Below are positions 20,427-35,039 of a stretch of 64,000 bases of DNA, in pieces (position 1 is the first letter of the stretch; the number at the start of each line of letters is the position of its first letter). A model generated the notes under the pieces. That model was not told the DNA's origin. It searched no databases and saw only the letters and a list, made by a program, of their open reading frames with translations. This DNA comes from Tubiluchus corallicola (lineage: Eukaryota; Animalia; Priapulida): NCBI GenBank assembly GCA_030141605.1, contig JAQGDQ010000158.1, positions 310,001-374,000 of the forward strand, written 5' to 3'. Position numbers and translations under genes: made by a program.

Positions 20427-23400
20427 TTCTAGTATCATATAGACATGATCCGTCTATTTTAGAGCGTTATTGATTGATGTTATACGTTGAGGTTTAAATT
20501 ATGTATATGCGATAACAATGAAAAAATTCTCAAGCACAGGAAGTGCCATAGTTTAATACTAGTCTTTCTTCAAGACCATTGCCAAACTTGCCAAACTTGC
20601 ACAGCAGATTGGGTCTGATTTCTAATAGAAATATAACATAATGTCAATAATTTACTGCCCAATCAGTGTGCAAGTTATTTCAAACCCCTGCAGAGTTTAA
20701 TAAATGCAGGTACGTTCGGCACATTTAGCTACATCTCCGACTAACACTGGTATGAAAAATGCTCAACTTTTCATAAGTTAGCGGAAGAAATATTGACCTG
20801 ATTCTAGATTTTATTATTGTCAATAATTGAAATTGCAAGTGAATTGGTGAAAATATATAGTCTAGTTTCGTTTATAGGAAGAAATGCACAACACTTACGT
20901 CTGTGAGTTGGCTTGACGTTAGTATTTTCAAAGGTTAATATTTTTGTTGCTCATTTATTGTAAAGCAAGACTAACTGGTTTAGTTTCTTTATCATACTTA
21001 TGTCTCTGTATTTTGTAGTGCTTTGAAACCTTCGTCTCTACGTTCTGATTAAATTGAAAAGTCATTCTTTGGCTACTTAATTTCGTGTAAAAATAGCTGC
21101 TGCTTTGCAAATTTGTGTTTATGGAAAAAAGCAATCAGTTTATCTGTTGATTAGACATTTGTTGAGACTGCCATGTTGTTTAGTTTAGTTTAGTTTAGCA
21201 TAGACAGTTGTTGCTGTCTATTGAACAGTAAAATTGATTGCCATGGTGATCACATAGTCCAGCTTTTATTTATTTATTTGTCTTATTCTAGACCTATGAC
21301 ATTGTCCATATCAAGCTGGTACATCGTGTTTTTACTACACAATATTCTGATAGCTTTAATCAACATAAAAGCAACTAATAAATTTCTAGTCAAAGTTTGG
21401 CGCAAAGATAATTATTGATAATAATAACAAGTCCAGAGTGGTGGGGTCTAAAAGCGGATTAGATAGAACAGAATAGAAATTTATTTTTAGTTGATTATTT
21501 AAAAACAAAGAATTATTTCCATTACAGTACAAGTGTGGTTAGTAATTACTAAAAAATAAATATACGATTAGAAATGAAAAACAAGAAATTAAGAAAACCA
21601 TCATTTGAATAAACTCAACACATTGCGATATAACGACAGTAAAATTAGTATATTAATTATTACAATACTATTACTAAAATGAGAATTCAGGAAAAGTATT
21701 GTAAAATAAATAAAACACAAAAATAATACATCCACACTAAAATTCAGCATATTAGATTTTAAAAATAAAAATGCTACTATTAAAATGTAAAGTTAAGAAT
21801 TATAGAATAAACGAAACATGCTGCAATACATCTATAGTAAAATTATGCACGGTAATAAAATTTAAATACAAGTTAAAAAAAGGCTAAAATCGTATACAGT
21901 TTCACAAATTTTATAGTTTTAAGTGTTGAAATATAAATCACAGTACAAATTACACATTAAAAAGTTAAAAAGATACTTTGACATTGTCACCTTTAATTTT
22001 CTTTGTTCCAAGGCGCAGAAATCTTTTATACCGACGTAGTTCTTCATTATAATATCCTAAATAAAGCGAAATAAAAATTCGTTAATATATACCACAGGCG
22101 CACAATAAAAATTAGGCCTAGGATTTGAGAGAAAATAAACTTAGATTATAAAATTACACTAAACGCAAGCAAAGTGGAATCGGTAGACATTTTATAGGCA
22201 TTATAAAAAGTTTGAGATTTCTATCTTAATAATTATGACAGTTTACATTGTTTACACTGTATTGCACCGACCTTTACTAAATGACTGACAATTTACACTG
22301 TTATTACATTAGTGTTCAACTATGATTTGAGGATTTTGAGCTCGTTCATTTCACTGTTATTTTATAAACAATCAGACACGTTTTGAGCAAAGTCATCGTC
22401 CTTAAAACAGCATGAAGTTCTAAATGAGGAGTTTATGTCAAGAAGTTTGGCAAAAGGTTTGATTAAAAATTTTCAGGTGTGGTAATTACCGCCATTCGTT
22501 TGAAAATTGTAACGTAACCGGGAGACTTCGTGACTTTTCGTAAACGCATCGTGCCTTTCCGTGTGCGCGCTGCTTAAACTAATTCAAAGTTCTGCAGCTT
22601 ACGTAATATTAACGCTAACATGTCACAAAATCAGCTATCTAATGTTTTTATAAAAACTTATTGTACTTTCGACTAAGATTGACAGTGCGCCACGTTTGAG
22701 CGTTTCCTCAGGACGAATGACGTCATTGAAAGAAGAATATGGGGCATTGAAAATGGGAGCGTCCAAGCATGAAGTGACCGCGACTTTAAAGTGATTTTAC
22801 TAATTACACAAGACACTTATTGCAATTTTATTATTAAATCCTTCTAACTTTTTTCCAAGCGTAGAAATAATCCTAACTTCCCATAAGGCTTGACCTTTAG
22901 CTACACCAGGTATGACAGGTAGCTAGGAAGTGCTATGCGCTGCATGCTGCTACAAATGTTAATTAACTTGTGACTATAATCAGGCGTTCTACGATGTTTT
23001 AGCTAGAAATCGCAAAAGTGGAATGTATCTGCACTTTCCCATTTCAACAGTGGAGGTTTTTCAAGAATTTTTTTGCTCCTTGGCCATGTTCGGCTCTAGG
23101 TAGTTTGACGCCCTAAGCAAAGGTATCTTTAGAGCGGTCGTATCCTTTATCCGACGGTCCCCACCCCACCGCCAAAATTGAATTTTTATTGTATATAGTA
23201 ATTTATAATGGTACCTGTGCGTTAAATACCTATTCATAGCTGGTGTTAATTGAATTTAAAATTGAATTTTTGACCCCATTCACCTGTGTCTTGGGCAGCG
23301 ATCAAAATTTCTGCTGCTCACTCTTCATGTCATTCTCTTTGCTGGAATTCCACTTAGCCTTTTCATCATAAGATTTTTGAAACCCTAACACCTGTTTTTC

Positions 23401-25217
23401 ACCTACACGCTTTTCACTAGTTTCATTTTCTTCGCCACCACAAATCTGATCTGGTTTCAAATACTTCTTAGCAAATCTTTTTGCTGTTCAGTGTCTACCA
23501 GATTTTTTTATCTTTCGTTTTGTAATGCACTCCTGATGGCTTCGATTCTTATAGGTTTATCTGCCATAATTAGATAAATGCTATTGTGAGAAACTTTTTC
23601 TTATTGTCTTATTATCGGAAGGAGTCGTTACTTGGATGTACTGCTTTGATGAATACAATATAAATTGTGGGCAAAAGCAAGGTAACGTGGTAGTAATATC
23701 TGTTTGAAATGGTGTATTCTTAGAAAGCTAGTAAGGGACAAGTAGAGTGTTTGCTACGGTACCTCCCAGACTCCTCCGTGTTAATGTCGATGAATCGTAC
23801 ATTTTGACTTTACAATTAGCTTACAATCTTACTCTTACAATCATACAATTAGCTTTCAACTAAATTTTATGTTGAATACTCCACTACGCGGCATACTCCG
23901 GTTCATTTACAAATTTACAAATTTTCCAAAACACGGCAAAAACAACGGATTTTGTTTTATTGTTGTTGTTGTCTTTTGTCAAAAAATCTTAGCAAGCCCA
24001 CTGAAAGCCGAAGTAAATTGTTTGGTCACACATTGAAAATATGGCGGCTGAGAAAAAAGCAGATTTTTTGCCATTTTTACTGTAAATATTGTTTCTCAAC
24101 CCTTTTATTCTTTCACTAAGGTCTTTTGCCCTTTTTGGATTTTGTGACTAGAATGGTATTCTAACATTAAGATTAACTTTAATATACTGTAGATAGTCTC
24201 AGAATAAAATCTTCGAATTGAACGATAACTTTAAGTGTAAATAGAAAATTGTATTAATCATTGTCAGAACGCCAGATGTGAGCCAAGTGTTAGCAAAAAA
24301 TCACAATCTCATGGCTTACCTGATTGCACTAGCAACGCCACGCCAAGAAGTATTCCGGTAATATAAATCTGTAAATCATTAGACATTTAGAAACAGTTTA
24401 AGTGCCATCCTACATTAACAAAAATCACCTTTAAGATAAAGGCTGCATGTGACAAAGCGACGCTGTGACACATATGATTTTGGATTATGCAGACTGAACA
24501 TTTTGTTTGGTCATTAATAAAATAAGGGATTAATATTAAATCACATTACGCCTTATACGTAAATGCATTCTCTAACCACTTTACGTATAAAAAATTATGT
24601 AACGTTATTAGAGGAAGAACGATCATAACAATATTTATTGCAAATTTCAACAAATTTGTGTGGGAAGAAACACCTGCTAGGCTATTTCCATACGGATGTT
24701 TGCAATTATAACAATAATGGGTAATTTCAACAAATTCGTGTGGGAAGTAACACCTGTAAGCTTGTTTACCTGCTGGTCCCTTACATAGAGTTTTTGCTTT
24801 CTTTAAATTTGTTGGAATTAGCATTAAGATCCTTCTTTTACGAGAATTACTCAATTTCTTTCCAATGTACAGTAAGTTGAGAACATTCTTTAAGTGTAAT
24901 GCAAAACCAGCTTAACTACAAAAATTATTTAGAACACACTGTTCATACAATAACAAAACACTTTCATTTATACGAATATTCTAAAATTTAGAATTTTTTG
25001 TAGAATTTTTAATAAGTAACCTTCATGTATTCTCTGGTGATTTCAAGTACCTCTGTAATTAAGAAATTATTCATTTTGAATAGAATGATTTATTGTGAGA
25101 TATTTGTATAAACGTTAATAGGTTTACTATTAATAATTTGTTGATCTTATAAAATGCTTTTTTACCAACCGACATTAAATTAACTTGCTAATATTGAAAC
25201 AGCTGCTCAATAAGTGA

Positions 25218-25884
25218 CACGGGCGCCGGCAGGCGGACGCACTGACGCAGGTATGTCCACAGAATTTCCTAAATTAAAAACAAATTTTATAGCTAAATAA
25301 ATTTTTTAGCTGTAAACCAAGAAACACCTTAACTCTTGTTTGTTTAAGCAATAGTGAGTTTTAAAATAGTGAAAATAGTGAATCTGAGAAAATAGCTTCT
25401 AGCAACCGCAGAATGGTCTAAACTGCAGTAAAATGCACGTGTGGTCGAGGCGTTCTGCCGTTTAGCTGTGTCACGCGGGAGAAATTAGCACGCACGCTAT
25501 TTATTAAATTTTGTATGAACAGTGGATGGGCTTAACTTAACTTAACAGTCTCAAATCAGTTTTATGTTTGACTATCCACATTTTGCTGGGTAGATAATCT
25601 TGACACTAAATAAATTAAGCTTAAGTGGTCACCCGGAGCAGTGTTGATATATGACTACTACAGTAGAATACAATGAATATTCCCTAGGTAAATGTATGCA
25701 AAATATATGTATTAAAGCAGAATTTTTCACGTTTGAAGACGTCTATGTACCAAAATTTAGATCTCATTTGAGGCCTCCAAAAATACAAGAAAATGCGTTG
25801 GACTACGCTGGAGGGGCATACAGCGCTCCCACAGATCTCCTAGTTGCTTGTGCGTCACATTTTTTAACTCTGGCGGCGCCCATG
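25218..25884. mobile_element. hAT-superfamily MITE with a perfect 8-bp TSD
   Basis: TIRs CACGGGCGCCGGCAG and CTGGCGGCGCCCATG. ATAAGTGA flanks both ends (25210-17, 25885-92). Confidence 0.9.
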
Positions 25885-26794
25885 ATAAGTGATAAAAGTA
25901 ATAATGCCATTTTGGTTCAGATCTCGAACGTTGTTCATTTGTTGTTTTACACTTATTTTACAAAAAACCGTATAAGCTACAACCGAACTTTTAGCTAATA
26001 CTACAGTTAAAAAATAACTGTTACATGTCTTACAAAGCAAAAATAAAAAGCTATGTAATATTTGAGGCTGTGCGAAAAACTTACCCATTTACACTGTAAG
26101 GCTGCTGGCATAATAAATATAATTTAAACGATTCTTTTTAATCACCCTTCACATTAAAACGTGCTGCCACAGTAAAGATTACAAACGGATGTATGTGACA
26201 CGTAGGATAGTTCAGTTTAAAAATACTTTTCTACTAAGTGACCCGTACAATGACCCTTTCTCCTGGTAAGACACTTTGTTTACCACTTTGTTTTGAATAA
26301 TAGAACCGAAAAAAGCTTTGAGTTTGTTTCGATTATTCAAACAATTTGGGTGTACCAAAGATCTTCTGTAAGGTGACTGTTCGCATAGCAAGGAGGATAA
26401 TCCTTGTGGTACTGTGTGCATTGCACAGGCAAAGTTTTTCTTTGGCACGATCAACTAAATAATGCATCACTTAGTTTCACGTCTAAATCTTAAGAAATTT
26501 TCAGAAGCTTGTTGGAGGCCAAAACAAACAAGCTTTCCTTTTGAACGGCTGCTCGTTTGTCATCAAGGCAGTGCATCGTCAGTATAACTTCAGTTTTGCA
26601 CACAACATGATTGTATCAAAGAATTTTTGAACAGAAACGTAGTTCATGTTTATACCAGTTCATGAGCGAGTGTAAAATTTTTCTACTTAAATTACTACAA
26701 AAGGGCCTAATGTATTACAAGCGAAAAATGAAAACACCGATGTGTTTGGCAAGACACCAGTGCATCAATTAGTGAGGAAACTGAAAGAAGAAAA

Positions 26795-27147
<353 letters not shown>

Positions 27148-27771
27148 AGCGAGGGTACGGTTTTACTATTAACTACAAGAGATTTTGGCTTGTCAATTAT
27201 TATTTCCAATTTCTCATCTTTGGGTTAATAAATAAATAAATAAATAAATAAGAAAATAGTTACAATATTAATAAAAAAAACTTATTAAGGAAGTATATAA
27301 ATAAGATTAGATGTTTTGCAACATTATGTCTAGTTCTGATTAAGCTAGAAAGTAAATCACGTCCTTGCTGGAAAGGAATTTATGTGGTAGACAGGCTCTT
27401 GACAGGGATGTTGGTCATTCATGCCAGTTGTTATTTCAATGGAAAAAACATTCAATAAGCTTTCAGAGATTGCTGTATAGAGGAATAATGCATTAAATAT
27501 AGCTGTCTGTTATTTCATTATGTGTTGAATGTGTTACAACTGTGAAGCTGAACCTATTCTGTCATAAGTTACAGTTAGATAATATTCAAAATCATTTTTG
27601 TTTGTCCTAATCTAGCTCAGACGCATAAAATGAAATTGGCCTAGCATGTGCTAGTGTAGTCCCTACACCAGGTAATAACTTCCTCACTGTGTGTAATTGT
27701 CGTGTTTTGTTATGCTGCATTATTTTGTGCAGCTATTTAAAATTATTTTTCAATAACACCGAAAGCTTCTT

Positions 27772-27950
27772 TTTATCCGCGAGCGTAAGCGATTTTTTCC
27801 ATCACTACCATTGCGTTAGACGTTCTAGTAAAATTTAGTTTTTTCGGGTATTGTGGGATAATAATCTGCAACCGCACTCAACCAGGTATAGTCTGGTGTA
27901 AACACAGTTACGGCGTTACGCTCGCAGATTTGAATCCGAATTCATCTAGT
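27772..27950. mobile_element. Short HINE-like element with subterminal inverted repeats; longer paralogous version at about 42510-43072
   Basis: tttatccgcgagcgtaagcg ... cgttacgctcgcagat are inverted repeats, followed by the end gaattcatctagt. Similar ends occur in unit B around different internal sequence. Confidence 0.45.
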
Positions 27951-28242
27951 ATTGATAATTTTTACAACAAAAATAATGTTGCTAGCCTTTTAAGAACTGA
28001 ACTTTTAGACTAACGTGCACGCCACCGACAATTTCATTACAGCATAATAGTTTTTGCTAAAGAGAAAACACAATTATAAATTGCATATTGGTAAGGACGA
28101 TTCAAAACAGAACATAAAAGTAATTAATAAGTATTTACACATTCATGTGCTTTGGGTATACACAAATCAATATTTACATATATTAATGGTAGCGTCAAAA
28201 TGGTTTACTTGGAAATAGAAAGTGCGGGCAAACTGCAAAATC

Positions 28243-28505
28243 AAACAAGTCTGACACATTAATCAACCATTGCCATCAAGACACGACTAATGTATTCAAT
28301 ATGCAAGTAGGTCATATTAGATTATTAGAGTATTTCACCAACCTTTCTTTATCATTTCGTGATTTGGTCACTTGCACGCTGACCCATTAAATATTTGCTG
28401 CTTTTATACCGACCTGTTCACATATACCTGGGTGAGAAGCGGTTTAGCTCTGAGCAGAAGCAAGAAGTCTCAGGGATTAGGTTGAAATTTCCAGTTGCCA
28501 GGTAG
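28243..28505 (+). promoter_or_regulatory. Putative promoter and non-coding first exon of desaturase A
   Basis: 38-bp block identical to 43342-43379, plus AGGTCA (28309), ATCATTTCGTGAT (28351), TGACCC (28380), a TTTTATA box, and donor(s) at 28502/28506. The first coding exon has its own acceptor (tgtAG, 35017-18) just before the ATG, so an upstream UTR exon is expected. Confidence 0.55.
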
Positions 28506-30061
28506 GTAAAATGAAACTTTTTTTGGAAGCAACCTTATGCATATATATAGGCAACTTAATTCATGATGTTAACCATAAATTGGGCGCTCTAAATATATAA
28601 AAAATAGATATGTTGAGTCGCTGTCAAGTTGATAAGTAAACAGGCCTATATCATGATAAGTCGTATGTCACTCGCTACAGGTCACTATTTAATCCATTAT
28701 TTCCAACAGTTCATGGGATAGGTATTACGTTAATGGCTACGTCTTTGCAGCCATTTCATGCAATTGTGCGAAATACATTTTATAACGTGCATTAGACAAC
28801 CCACAATGTGACCTAAAAATTCCGTCACAATTTCCTAACTTTAACGCGCAAGCGCAGTAATATTTGCTTAGACAGGATTATGAATTATAGTTTTTCTTAT
28901 CAGAATCTTTAATGTTTGAATGATTAAATGAAATTACAAAGTTAAACGGAAAATGTAATCAAAATTCCAGAAACTTGATTATAAATATTGCAGTTCATCA
29001 CTGATTAGCAGAAGTTAAGCAGAAGCAGAAGATTAGCAGAAGCAGAATCATTAAGATTGGTAGGACGGCATCGTGTTGTATTCTTTCAGTGATTTAGTGG
29101 ATTGATTCCTTGCAGAATGATTAGTAAATTAGAAATTTCAGGTTAGGTTACTGGAGAATATAACTCATTTTCTTGTAAATATTGGAATTTTTGAGTAGTA
29201 GTGTTCCAAATGATTTCAAACTTTGAGGACAAACTCACCTGTACATGTCATTATCAACAAACTCCTATTCGCAGAACGGCGCATTTGGTACAACATAATT
29301 GTGAAATCCACGTGAAATAGTACGTTTGACAAAAAATAATAATTTTGTTGCAATAGTGAAATGTGGATGACGTATATATTTGGTAAAACTCATAATTTCT
29401 TACACTAGTGAAATATGCGTGAAATGGTACACTGGTAACATTTATAATTCATTACAATAGTGAAATATGATTGAAATAGTACAATGGCAAAAAGTTATAT
29501 AATTTATTTCAAATGTAAATACGAACGATTCCATTGTTCTACCTCAGCAAGGTGATGAAATCACTTAAATCTCTTAGAATAATATAACACATGTACCGCA
29601 AGTGAAAATCCAGGAAATTCTTTTGCCTGGAGCCTGTATAAATAATCGTCTACCTTACTGTAAAATGAGTATAGTCAATCCTCGGTTCGTGAACTTAAAT
29701 CCGTTCAGGTAGTCTGTTCGCAAACTAAATTGTTGGTAAAGTAAATTAGTTAATCTGCTTCAATTTGAGGTTAAACTTGTACCTCAACTGTCACTCTTGC
29801 TGGTCTTTTTGAATGTTTTGGTGTTCCTTTGGTAAGTTGAGTGTTCCTTGCCTATTAACAACTTCTCCATATCATTCTCATCCATCTCTATACACACATT
29901 GTGTCTGTTGTTTGTTGCATAAATGGCTGTAGGTTAAAGGACTACTAGACAAAAGACCACCGGACAAAGGACCACCTTTACCGCTTTATTGAGGTCAAAG
30001 GACCACCTTTACCACTTTAAAAGCGGGCAAAGGACCACCAGTTAGTCAGGTGGACTTCCAC

Positions 30062-31819
30062 TTTTCTCATGTTCTGATGGTCCCCTTTAAGAATATTAAA
30101 GGTGGCCCTTTGTCAGCCTTGGGCATTTTGAGATTTTTGACAGAAACAGTTATAATGGAAAAAGCAAGTGTTGTGACATACCAAAATTATTATGATTTAG
30201 AAAATGAAACTGGCACTGACGTAGAATTAAGTTGGTAACTAGTTTTTGACTTGCAGAATTAAAAATCTGGTTACAATACGTACGTAACGCGCTATATGGG
30301 TACTGTAAGTATTGGATTTTGTGATAACATAATGTATATTGCTGTATTAAGTTGAACCGTGCTGCTTCGTAAAATTACGATTGGTGTAGTTTAGGAAACA
30401 GCTAGAAATTTAGACGTTTTTATGGTTTTTGGGAAAACCATACAACTATACAATTTTAGCTAATCTCCTTATCTTAGCTAGGTGCCTATGACATACCCTA
30501 TGAATCTCTACTTGACAACATAGCAAGCAAAAGTCGCATAATAATATTATGGGTAGGTTATTCAATAAAACTTTGTTTCATTATGAAGATGCTTGTACGA
30601 CAGAAAGAGTAGATAAAATAAAAGGATAAACACCGAGTCATTATGTTCGTTGCGAACAAGAAGATTCTTAGAAGAAGAACATTTCAGCTGTGACGCACGA
30701 TGATAGATAGGCCTATACTTTAGGGCACATTAAGCATAGAACCTAAAGTCAGAATAACCGCAGATATTATAGACAAGCAAAAACTATGCAAAAAACTGGG
30801 AGTTAGTTTAGATCTTCTGCGGCACAACAACATCCTCAGCATAGTTAATGTTGTAAATGGGAAGCTTGTACTGTTATCATTGAGTGTAGTCAGTTGGGTA
30901 ACATAGGTATTGCAGTACCGCAGTATATTGAAAACAAGTGGTCGCAAGGGTCTACAAGACAATCTCAATGAATGCACGTGGCATTGATGAAGAAGACCCA
31001 TTACAAGTGATATTGAGCAAAATACTTAATACTATTTAACTTATTTAAGAGTTGCAGGAATTCAACAATAACACAAACATCAGTGAAGTTCTGTCCTATG
31101 AATTGTCTCTAATTCCAACATCAACGGTAAGCTGGAAATAGCTGGTCATTGGCTAGGCAGCTTTAGCAAAAGAAATAAATATCACAATTGAATTAAAATA
31201 AAGGACAGACGGAAAAGAACGCATGAAGAAAAAAAGTTCACTGGGTCGTAAAACTAGCCATTAGTCTTTCAGGAGACACAGACTGATTATACTGTTTTGC
31301 TTTATTACTTTTTGCATAATAATTTGCCCATAAGGCCAATAGTTGTGGAATTGGTAAATAACAATGGCTAAACAGTGAAGCGTCATCAAAGCATCATTGC
31401 AGAGATGATAGGCGGCTATGCACTTACTCAGTGTGGGAAAGAGAACCACATTGAATATACTTTGGTATTCGCGATTAGTGGTTAGAGGATTGAGAAAGGA
31501 CTAACACATGAACGTTCTTGAACCATTGAAAATGAGAATGACCATGTCCTAATTAGATTATTTTGGTGTGATTCTCCAACGTAATGTTCCATAGAGTACA
31601 TAAAACTCAATCATTTTTTATTTGTTTTAATGTTCTTTAAGCTAAAAATATTAAATTTAGTTTACTTAGTGTTTTCGGATGAATGATCATGGCAGTTTTG
31701 GTTTGTCATTGTACATACTTCTCTAGTGTAACATTTTTGGTCTGATGTCTAAAATTGCTCAAAGGGGGCACAGGGCCACCATTGATATTCTTAAAGAGGA
31801 ACATCAGAACATGAGAAAA
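30062..31819. mobile_element. DNA element with about 75-bp imperfect inverted repeats, preceded by CAAAGGACCACC repeats (29940-30040); possibly Mutator-like
   Basis: ttttctcatgttctgatggtcccctttaagaatattaaaggtggccc (30062) matches the reverse complement of 31745-31819. Absent from unit B. Confidence 0.5.
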
Positions 31820-32146
31820 CCACTGAGAAAAACTTACACGGAAAATGTGACGCTCACTCTACCGGGTGCCGGACGTTTAAACAGTTAAACTGGTTGCACT
31901 TGATTTCAGACACCCAATAGCCAAAAAATATATAAAAACTAGTAAATTAAAAGAAAAACAAAGTAATGTGTCAGTATTATTTTCAAAACGCTTGCTCATC
32001 CTTCCCTTAGTAATATAAATTGCTCATCGTTCCCATATTTTAGTAATGTAAATCTTACAGTATAGTAAAAATTTTAAACCCCCAAAGATCAGTTACATGA
32101 ATATAGTGGACTTTACCTGAGCTAAGTCATAAACCTGGAGTCTTGT

Positions 32147-32298
32147 CGTGTGGTCACTCTGGTTATCTGAACTGTGGCAATATTCGTGTGGTCACACTGG
32201 TTATCTGAACTGTGGCAATAGTCGTGTGCTCACACTGGTTATCTGAACTGTGGCAATAGTCGTGTGGTCACTCTGGTTATCTGAACTGTGGCAATATT
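32147..32298. repeat. 38-bp tandem repeat, 4 copies
   Basis: CGTGTGGTCACTCTGGTTATCTGAACTGTGGCAATATT-like units at 32147, 32185, 32223 and 32261. Confidence 0.95.
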
Positions 32299-32527
32299 TA
32301 TAAAATAAGCGTATGTTCCCACAATCTGATAATTATGCCTACGACAGGATAACAACTTTACTAAGAGCAGTCTATTGCAAACTCTAAATCTATTTGAGTA
32401 ACATAGATTGCTACTCAAATAACCATGACATATACTGATTGTCAAGGTAAAATGTGGTGCTCCGATTTGGTTTTGCTTCATTTTATTGCCTTTCGTATAT
32501 GTATATAGTTTGTATAATTATTTTATT

Positions 32528-34690
32528 ATGCGTGACAGCAAAAATTCACCTAAAATAAGTTCTTGGAATACTAATGACGTTGACAAACAATTGCTTAACA
32601 AACTAGAAGATAATGAGTTTGTGTGCCTACTAACATCTGACATTATTTGTTTTAGTGAGACTCTTTCAGACACGATTATTCGACGATGTTAAAATAATCC
32701 AGGTTATAAAAGATAAGATAAGATATGATGCACTTTATTCCCCGTAAAAACGCATGATATCAGCACACATATACAATAAAAAGCACTACATATATACAAT
32801 AGCTACCATGTCACACACACATAAAATACTATCATAATAAAATTGTTTACAGATAAAAGTTTGGCAAAATACACGTACAAGATTAAAGATTTAAAATTAA
32901 CAGACGTTTTCTGTATATAGCTTATTTATCCAATATTGATAAATTTTAGGTAAAAAGGTACAATCACTGTTAAAACTTTCATTTATCAAACCTGCTATGA
33001 CTATTAAAAAGACCCATCTTTAGACTGTAAATATTTTTCCGCAAAATAACGCCAAAATACATGTCTGCAGAATTCCAGACAAACTACCAAAAGCGTATGT
33101 TCGAAAGTATTCCGAATTTTGTAAAAGTGTGTACGCAAAAGAGTAATAGTCTTATTTTTTACCTGTTCTGATGCATGATTAAAACTTGATAAAAGTTATT
33201 TCAACCTAAACAAAGATATATGCCTATGTGCACCATACTAATAGGAGATTTAAACCCTAAAACGTATACTGAATCTGATTACATTGTGAATGATTATGAT
33301 ACCTATGTACCTATATTCCTATTGGGTATCTGCGCGAATCTCATTTGCCAGTAAAGCCTAATCAGAATCGTTATACTGTACATGAATATGGACAATGTTA
33401 CTTGAATTTTGCAAAATGTGCAGTCTGAGAATACTGAATGGACGTACCTTAGATGATTCTGTAGGCAAGCTTATGCTTCATAACATCTGGGGTTCGAGCG
33501 TTATTGATTATGTAATTGTTACCAATGAATTATTGGACAGAGTTGCATTATTTGAAGTTTCTGAAAACGTTCCGCAATCTGATTATTGCCACATTTCGAT
33601 GCCAATTAGAAACCTATTTTTAACCGATAATGATTCGTATCGTGAATTGCCCAAATAAATAACGTTGTCAATATGCTTTATACTTTAATAAGTTTAATGT
33701 CTTGTACAGTACACAGTCAAATTGCCTCCTTTATGCAACATAATTGGCAGTGCCGAAAATGAAGTAGATGCTGCCGTTCAGGCAATCAGTCGAATCCTAA
33801 TTAATGGTACGAGCAAAGCAGGGAGTTCTATATCCTTTTCCGCCCCCCCTCCCAAGATAAACGTAGAACCCTTGGAAAAAGCTTATCAAATAACCAAAAT
33901 GTGGGTCATATAATAACTATTTTAATAGTCAAAGCAAAGCAGCGCGTGAAAACGTTAAATATTTGCATTCAATGTTGGAGCGCTTTTCGTATAACAAAAT
34001 TATTAGAGATCAATGTTTCAAGCAAAGAGCTGATCGGAAACGTTAGACCCGATTGTAAAATCGATTAAATTCAAAACTAAAAATCCTAAAGCTTGGAGCT
34101 TGGAAAATTATCACTCGGCACTAGCCACAGTAACTGGCAGAGTAAGAAATAGGGCACGCGCTGTAGTTAATTCCGGAACAGATGCTGCCATATGGGAACT
34201 CACTAAAAGTTTAAAAATATCCAACACAGAGCTCTGTGATTCGAGCTCACCTTTGAATTCATGTGTGAATGAGTAACCTCAGAGGAAAAGTCAACCGCTA
34301 GATCTACGGGAAAATCCTTAAGAGTGGCAACTATCAGCCTTCGGAATGGAAGTCAGTTCCCCGTTGGTTGTCTAAATTAGTAGGCGATTTAATGCCAAAT
34401 AAATACGTATTTTCCTGTCTGTAAATTTGCATGTTTTTAGGGTCAGGCTTGGGGGACCCTAGACCTCAAGGGCCCCTGGCATTTGTCCAGTCTTGTCCAA
34501 TGGGAGTTACGCCACTGTGTAAATTGTTCAATGTTTTGTACTGTAACTCATGTCATCCAAATGAGTGGAAAGAAATTACACGCTACCTATTCACAAAAGT
34601 GGCAATATGGATGATCAAAATAACTATTGAGAGAGAGAGAGCAATCTCGAGTAGTCGAAGTAATTATTTACTAAAATCTTAAATAAAAGG
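32528..34690 (+). mobile_element. Degenerate LINE ORF2 (APE endonuclease and start of RT), interrupted by smaller inserts
   Basis: ISSWN...NKLED..F...DIICFSET, LLEFCKMCSLRILNGR...SSVIDY...SDYC, and KLFNVL...PNEWK. An antisense LINE tail (aagat)n/tttatt is inserted near 32710, and a hAT-like end (tacgccactg) lies near 34518. Confidence 0.75.
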
Positions 34691-35039
34691 AAAAAGAAAA
34701 TTATGAACGAGAGTGAGTGACTGCAAACAGCTCAAATTAAATTTAGAAAGGAACGTCGTACTTCTGATCACGTTTTTACATTTCAAAATTTAATTAATAT
34801 TCTCCTAAAGCACAACAAAATGCTTCTCGGCATGGCCTACGTGCAAAGAAACAAAGGTTGTTATGAAAGGAACATCTTTTGTGAAAGGAATCGTGCAGTC
34901 TAACAAGGCCAAGTTTGCCTGCATATTAATCTGAATAATGATTAGTTTGAGAAATTAGGAGTAATTTAGAAGGTAGAAGCAAAGAAGACTTAGTTTCACG
35001 TTAATTTTTTGCATGTAGAAAGTAGAAAGAACCACCGCA

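Noticed and set aside
19595-20438. Poly-His, poly-Thr and Gly/Asp-rich ORFs in the track
   Set aside because: Products of stop-free trinucleotide repeats flanking a real pentraxin exon.
20898-20960. Candidate first pentraxin exon with strong donor GTAAGT (another candidate near 29239-29296)
   Set aside because: The 20898 candidate has no in-frame Met and neither candidate gives a convincing signal peptide; could be UTR but cannot be supported.
23300-23570. Lys/Glu-rich coding-like stretch on the minus strand
   Set aside because: Broken by stops and frameshifts with no recognisable family; probably TE debris.
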